A DNA stretch of 32,000 bases, taken from contig OW818653.1 of assembly GCA_942492995.1 (NCBI GenBank), positions 1,020,001 to 1,052,000 of the forward strand. The letters are read 5' to 3'. Positions 28,663-32,000 of the stretch are shown in pieces (within the stretch, counting starts at the first letter, position 1; every line of letters starts with the position of its first letter). The DNA comes from an uncultured Erysipelotrichaceae bacterium. GTDB lineage: Bacteria; Bacillota_I; Bacilli_A; Erysipelotrichales; Erysipelotrichaceae. The position numbers and the translations under genes were made by a program. Under the pieces are notes generated by a model. The model worked only from the letters and a program-made list of their open reading frames with translations. It had not been told where the DNA came from and searched no databases.

Positions 28663-29337
28663 ATGAAAAAATTTAGTGTTAAAGATATTGAGAAGAAAGT
28701 ATTTAATTTAGAACGATTAGAAGAAAGAGAATTGAAACGTAATACATCGGGACGATTTAATCGTTTTGGGGCTTACTTTATTGATTTAAACATTCAAAAC
28801 GTTATTCTAGCGCTTGTTGTATTATTGATGTATGTACTAGCTTATCGAAATAGAGGAAGTTTTGTAAATTTAGTTAATATAAACGCATTACCTTCTTCTT
28901 GGCAAGTCCCAACTTATATACTATCGTATCTAATTATATTTAGTTACAATGTGTTTATTCCTTATTTCTTGTATGAAGGGCAAACATTTGGAAAGAAACT
29001 AATTGGTATAAAAATTGTTAAGAGTAATGGTGAAAAGGCTTCATTAAAGGATTATATCTTACGTTACTTAGCCACATTCCCTGAAACTACTTCGCATTAT
29101 ACAGTCAATGGATTAATCTTTGCGGCATTTATGACAAATCCAACTGCCACATTATTAAACAATATTGGACTATCGATTTCCGCATTATCAATTCTTATCG
29201 CAATGATTCAGCGTGAACGTCGTAGTATTCATGATTTCTTGAGCAATACTAAGGTTATTAGTGTTAAGAGTATTGAACCATTACCGAAGAAAAAAGTTGA
29301 AGTAGTAATATCCGAAGAAACACAAACAGCTGAATAA
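28663..29337 (+). CDS. RDD-family membrane protein (paralogue, longer charged N- and C-termini)
   Basis: 224 aa. RFGAYFIDLNIQN and GQTFGKKLIGIKIV. It starts 2 nt after the previous stop. Confidence 0.8.
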   Translation: MKKFSVKDIEKKVFNLERLEERELKRNTSGRFNRFGAYFIDLNIQNVILALVVLLMYVLAYRNRGSFVNLVNINALPSSWQVPTYILSYLIIFSYNVFIPYFLYEGQTFGKKLIGIKIVKSNGEKASLKDYILRYLATFPETTSHYTVNGLIFAAFMTNPTATLLNNIGLSISALSILIAMIQRERRSIHDFLSNTKVISVKSIEPLPKKKVEVVISEETQTAE

Positions 29338-29351
29338 TCAGCTGTTTTTTT
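29326..29351. terminator. Terminator shared by the convergent RDD operon and rpiR
   Basis: ACAGCTGA-ATAA-TCAGCTGT followed by TTTTTTT on the plus strand. The RDD stop codon is in the loop. The T-run is weaker on the minus strand. Confidence 0.8.
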
Positions 29352-30198
29352 ATCTAGATTTTAACCAATCATTGCGTTTATCTTTTATTTGTTCAGATAT
29401 TTTCTCAATATCTTCATAGTATCGAACATGCATCGATACCGTTAATATATCTAAGAGATAAATCATTGAGATAGTAAAGCTTGTATTCGATAGTTCAAGT
29501 GCACCATTGCCGGACATCGCATATAATGTATAATTCGCAATTTGACTTGAATATTTATCTTGTGCTCCACTGATAAGAAGTGTCGGTATTTCATAATGTC
29601 TTAGTTGTTTACTCGCATCCAGAATGAATTGGTTACGTCCTGATTGTGTGATTAAAATCGCAAAACTCGGAATTTTCTCAAAGTTTATTCGTTCTAGCCA
29701 ACTCCAATTCGTCGAATCATACGCAATCGCATTGAGTCCAATTGATTGTAGTTTATATTGATACATCTTTGCGACATCAAAGTTTAAGCCCATACCATAT
29801 ATACCAATGTGTTGACTCTTTTGGAGTAATTCTACACATTCTTTTAGAGTTTTCTGATCAATCAAACTTTGGGTATAACTCACTGCTCTTTGATAGATAT
29901 GTGGTAAAGTTTGAATTATTTCATCAATCTTTGAATCTTTACTAAAAGGCACATCTTTAATTAATTTTTTAGTTTCTGTATAATGCGCATATTCACTTGT
30001 ATAGATTGATTTGAATTCAGTGTATCCACTTAACCCTAATTTTTGGCATAATCGAACAATTGTAGATGGACTAACATAGGACGCATGCGCTAATTCATGA
30101 CTGCTTAAACTTAAAACAGCTTGTGGATTTCGTTCAATGTAATCCGCAACCGCTTTTTCTTGGGTGGTTAAATTCGATGTGTTCTTAATTCTGTCCAT
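29350..30198 (-). CDS. RpiR/MurR-family transcriptional regulator (HTH plus SIS domain)
   Basis: N-terminal HTH region (LSSHELAHASYVSPSTIVRLCQKLGLSGY) and a C-terminal SIS-like region (IGIYGMG...S.SG). The ORF track starts at 30204 (MIM); the ATG at 30198 is better spaced from AAGG. Either start is possible. Confidence 0.88.
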   Translation of the reverse strand: MDRIKNTSNLTTQEKAVADYIERNPQAVLSLSSHELAHASYVSPSTIVRLCQKLGLSGYTEFKSIYTSEYAHYTETKKLIKDVPFSKDSKIDEIIQTLPHIYQRAVSYTQSLIDQKTLKECVELLQKSQHIGIYGMGLNFDVAKMYQYKLQSIGLNAIAYDSTNWSWLERINFEKIPSFAILITQSGRNQFILDASKQLRHYEIPTLLISGAQDKYSSQIANYTLYAMSGNGALELSNTSFTISMIYLLDILTVSMHVRYYEDIEKISEQIKDKRNDWLKSR

Positions 30199-30218
30199 TA
30201 TCATGCCTTCATTGTATC

Positions 30219-30244
30219 AAAAAGAAAAGGCAATTTCTCGCCTT
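30219..30244 (-). terminator. Weak terminator/attenuator between GH4-2 and rpiR
   Basis: Minus strand AAGGC-GAGAAATT-GCCTT followed by TTCTTTTT. The stem is only 5 bp. Confidence 0.35.
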
Positions 30245-31610
30245 ATTTCTTTTCGTATGTAACGCCTTTTGCCTCTAATTCCGCAATAACAGCCTTGAAT
30301 TGAGGTAAGTAAGCTTTATTCGCAACTAACATAACATCTAACATCTCTTTAGCCTTAGTTCCTGAAGGTACTAATGGATTGATTGTGAATGCTTGAAGTG
30401 CTTTTCCATAATCACCAGAAACAGCCGCTTGAATCACAACTTCTTCCATCGCTTTCATACTTTGTACTAATCCACGCGTAGAAGATGGGAATGATCCCCA
30501 GTTAACTGGCTCTGCACCATGTGATGTAATATCAGCAGATACTTCTACAACACAGTCATATGGTAAATCAGCGATTGCACCATTGTTTTGTGTACTTACA
30601 ACCATACGTGTTTTCTTGTTGTTATAGATTGAAGCGATTAATTCACATGCCGCATCAGAATAGTGAGTTCCACCACGTTTTGTTAATTGTTCAGGTTTAT
30701 GATCTAGATTTACATCTTTATAAAGTTCAAACAATTCAGCTTCAGTACGTTTAACGACTTCAGCACGTGTTTCACCTTTCGCAAATTCTTCAAGTTCATG
30801 GCCTAACATATCATCACTTACATAGTAGTAACGGTGATATGGACAAGGTAGTAAGCCAGTGTCCTTAATTTGTTCATAGTTAAACTTAAAGTTCTTAATA
30901 TTACGAACACCTAATCCTTCAAGTGTTTTAGCTTCTGGATGATATAGTGCATCTAAAATTGTATGTGTAACTTCATTACCAGCTTTATCCCAAACGCGGT
31001 GCCAATGGAAGTGGTTTAATCCAGCAAACTTCGTATATAGTTCACCTTCATAACCTTGTGACTTCATAGCGCCATCACACATTTTTTCCATCAAGATAGG
31101 CACATTACATAAACCAATTGTACGTTTCCATCCGCCAACTTTAATCGCAGCTTCAGTAACGATACCACTTGGATTCGTAAAGTTCGCTAACCATGCGTTA
31201 GGACATAATTCTTTCATATCTTCGATAATGCTCAAGATAACTGGAATTGTACGGAACGCTTTCATCATACCTCCAGCGCCGTTTGTTTCTTGGCCAATAT
31301 AACCGAAGCTTAATGGAATTCTTTCATCACGAATACGTGCATCTAATAGACCAACACGGAATTGTGTCGTAACGAAATCCGCATCTTTAAGTGCTTCACG
31401 ACGATTAAGAGTTAAATTAACTTTCCAATCTAATCCTGCAGCTTTAACCATACGTTGAGCCATAGCCCCAACGATTTCTAATTTTTCTTTACCTTCTTCA
31501 ACATCTACCAACCAAATTTCAGAAATTGGTAATAAATCTTTTCTAAGAATAAATCCTTCAATGAGTTCTGGGGTATAACTACTACCGCCACCAATCGTAA
31601 CTATTTTCAT
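30243..31610 (-). CDS. GH4 6-phospho-beta-glucosidase, second paralogue
   Basis: MKIVTIGGGSSYTPEL, GLCNVP, GLNH. The N-terminal half or so is highly similar to 26116-27429. Start moved from the GTG at 31631 to the ATG at 31610, which is preceded by AGAGG. Confidence 0.93.
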   Translation of the reverse strand: MKIVTIGGGSSYTPELIEGFILRKDLLPISEIWLVDVEEGKEKLEIVGAMAQRMVKAAGLDWKVNLTLNRREALKDADFVTTQFRVGLLDARIRDERIPLSFGYIGQETNGAGGMMKAFRTIPVILSIIEDMKELCPNAWLANFTNPSGIVTEAAIKVGGWKRTIGLCNVPILMEKMCDGAMKSQGYEGELYTKFAGLNHFHWHRVWDKAGNEVTHTILDALYHPEAKTLEGLGVRNIKNFKFNYEQIKDTGLLPCPYHRYYYVSDDMLGHELEEFAKGETRAEVVKRTEAELFELYKDVNLDHKPEQLTKRGGTHYSDAACELIASIYNNKKTRMVVSTQNNGAIADLPYDCVVEVSADITSHGAEPVNWGSFPSSTRGLVQSMKAMEEVVIQAAVSGDYGKALQAFTINPLVPSGTKAKEMLDVMLVANKAYLPQFKAVIAELEAKGVTYEKK

Positions 31611-31633
31611 GATGTACCTCTGCTTTCCCACCT

Positions 31634-31662
31634 ATTATGCAAGATAAAAAAAGTGCCTTCAA
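31634..31662 (-). promoter_or_regulatory. Possible GH4-2 promoter TTGAAG-N17-CATAAT, with the -35 inside the upstream terminator loop
   Basis: Minus strand: -35 at 31662-31657 and -10 at 31639-31634. Confidence 0.35.
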
Positions 31663-31668
31663 GCACTT
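31645..31668 (-). terminator. Terminator of the upstream GNAT gene
   Basis: Minus strand AAGTGC-TTGAAG-GCACTT followed by TTTTTTT. Confidence 0.7.
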
Positions 31669-31726
31669 TGAGTAAATAGGATAATTGTTCCAAAATAACA
31701 ATATATTAGAACAAATAACTGAAACA

Positions 31727-32000
31727 TCATTTCACTTTGCGTATCATCAAATCAATATCAAAGTATTCACCTTTTATAAACATCATATTAGGTACAACTG
31801 AATTCTTTATAAATCCAACTGATTCATATAAATGGATTGCTTTCGCATTATCACTTCTAACATCCAAGTGAATAAATGTTGTATCAGGTGCTTGTATCGC
31901 AAATTCAATTAACGCATTCATCATACGTTTACCGATACCTCGTCCCCAATATTCCTTTAAAACAGAGATTCCTAAAATAGAGATATGTTTCGTACGTTCA
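31727..32000 (-). CDS. GNAT-family N-acetyltransferase, C-terminal part (N-terminus beyond the window end)
   Basis: The frame stays open upstream of the ORF-track Met. My translation of 32000-31925 gives ERTKHISILGISVLKEYWGRGIGKR, followed by MMNALIEFA. That is GNAT motif A (R/Q-x-x-G-x-G/A). The stop is TGA at 31727-29. Confidence 0.8.
   Translation of the reverse strand, partial: ERTKHISILGISVLKEYWGRGIGKRMMNALIEFAIQAPDTTFIHLDVRSDNAKAIHLYESVGFIKNSVVPNMMFIKGEYFDIDLMIRKVK

Overview
AT-rich Bacillota-type chromosomal segment using the standard genetic code (TGA is a stop at 12657-12659 and 31727-29; Trp is TGG). I call 27 protein genes (two run off the window ends), one tRNA, one T-box leader, and a set of promoters, operators and intrinsic terminators read directly from the sequence. 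Positions 1-22.6 kb are core housekeeping in the order typical of Bacilli/Erysipelotrichia. On the minus strand: pcrA-ligA-camS-gatCAB-(211 aa membrane protein)-rlmCD, then gltX. On the plus strand: tRNA-Gln(CUG) and an rRNA methyltransferase/pseudouridine synthase pair. Back on the minus strand: adhE behind three Rex boxes, a tight HAD-PHP-cardiolipin synthase-patatin operon, a GNAT gene, and asnB behind a T-box. Positions 22.6-31.7 kb are the only accessory-looking part: a chitobiose/cellobiose-like PTS locus (EIIB, GH4 6-phospho-beta-glucosidase, HAD phosphatase, YdjC/ChbG deacetylase, a Cys-less EIIB-like protein, EIIC), two tandem RDD-family membrane genes on the opposite strand, an RpiR/MurR regulator and a second GH4 paralogue. 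I see no mobile elements, CRISPR array, rRNA, toxin-antitoxin pair or recognisable defence genes, and no convincing wholly new multi-gene system. The most unusual items are the rewired chb-like locus (no EIIA, internal terminator and hairpin, degenerate EIIB paralogue, structured EIIC leader), the RDD pair, and the lipid-related operon. Four ORF-track starts were moved because the extensions cover promoters or leaders: asnB to 22291, EIIC to 23960, EIIB to 27801, methyltransferase to 11793. Four were moved on RBS position: gltX to 11459, GNAT to 20668, rpiR to 30198, GH4-2 to 31610. All functional calls rest on motif recognition and synteny from memory, not database searches.
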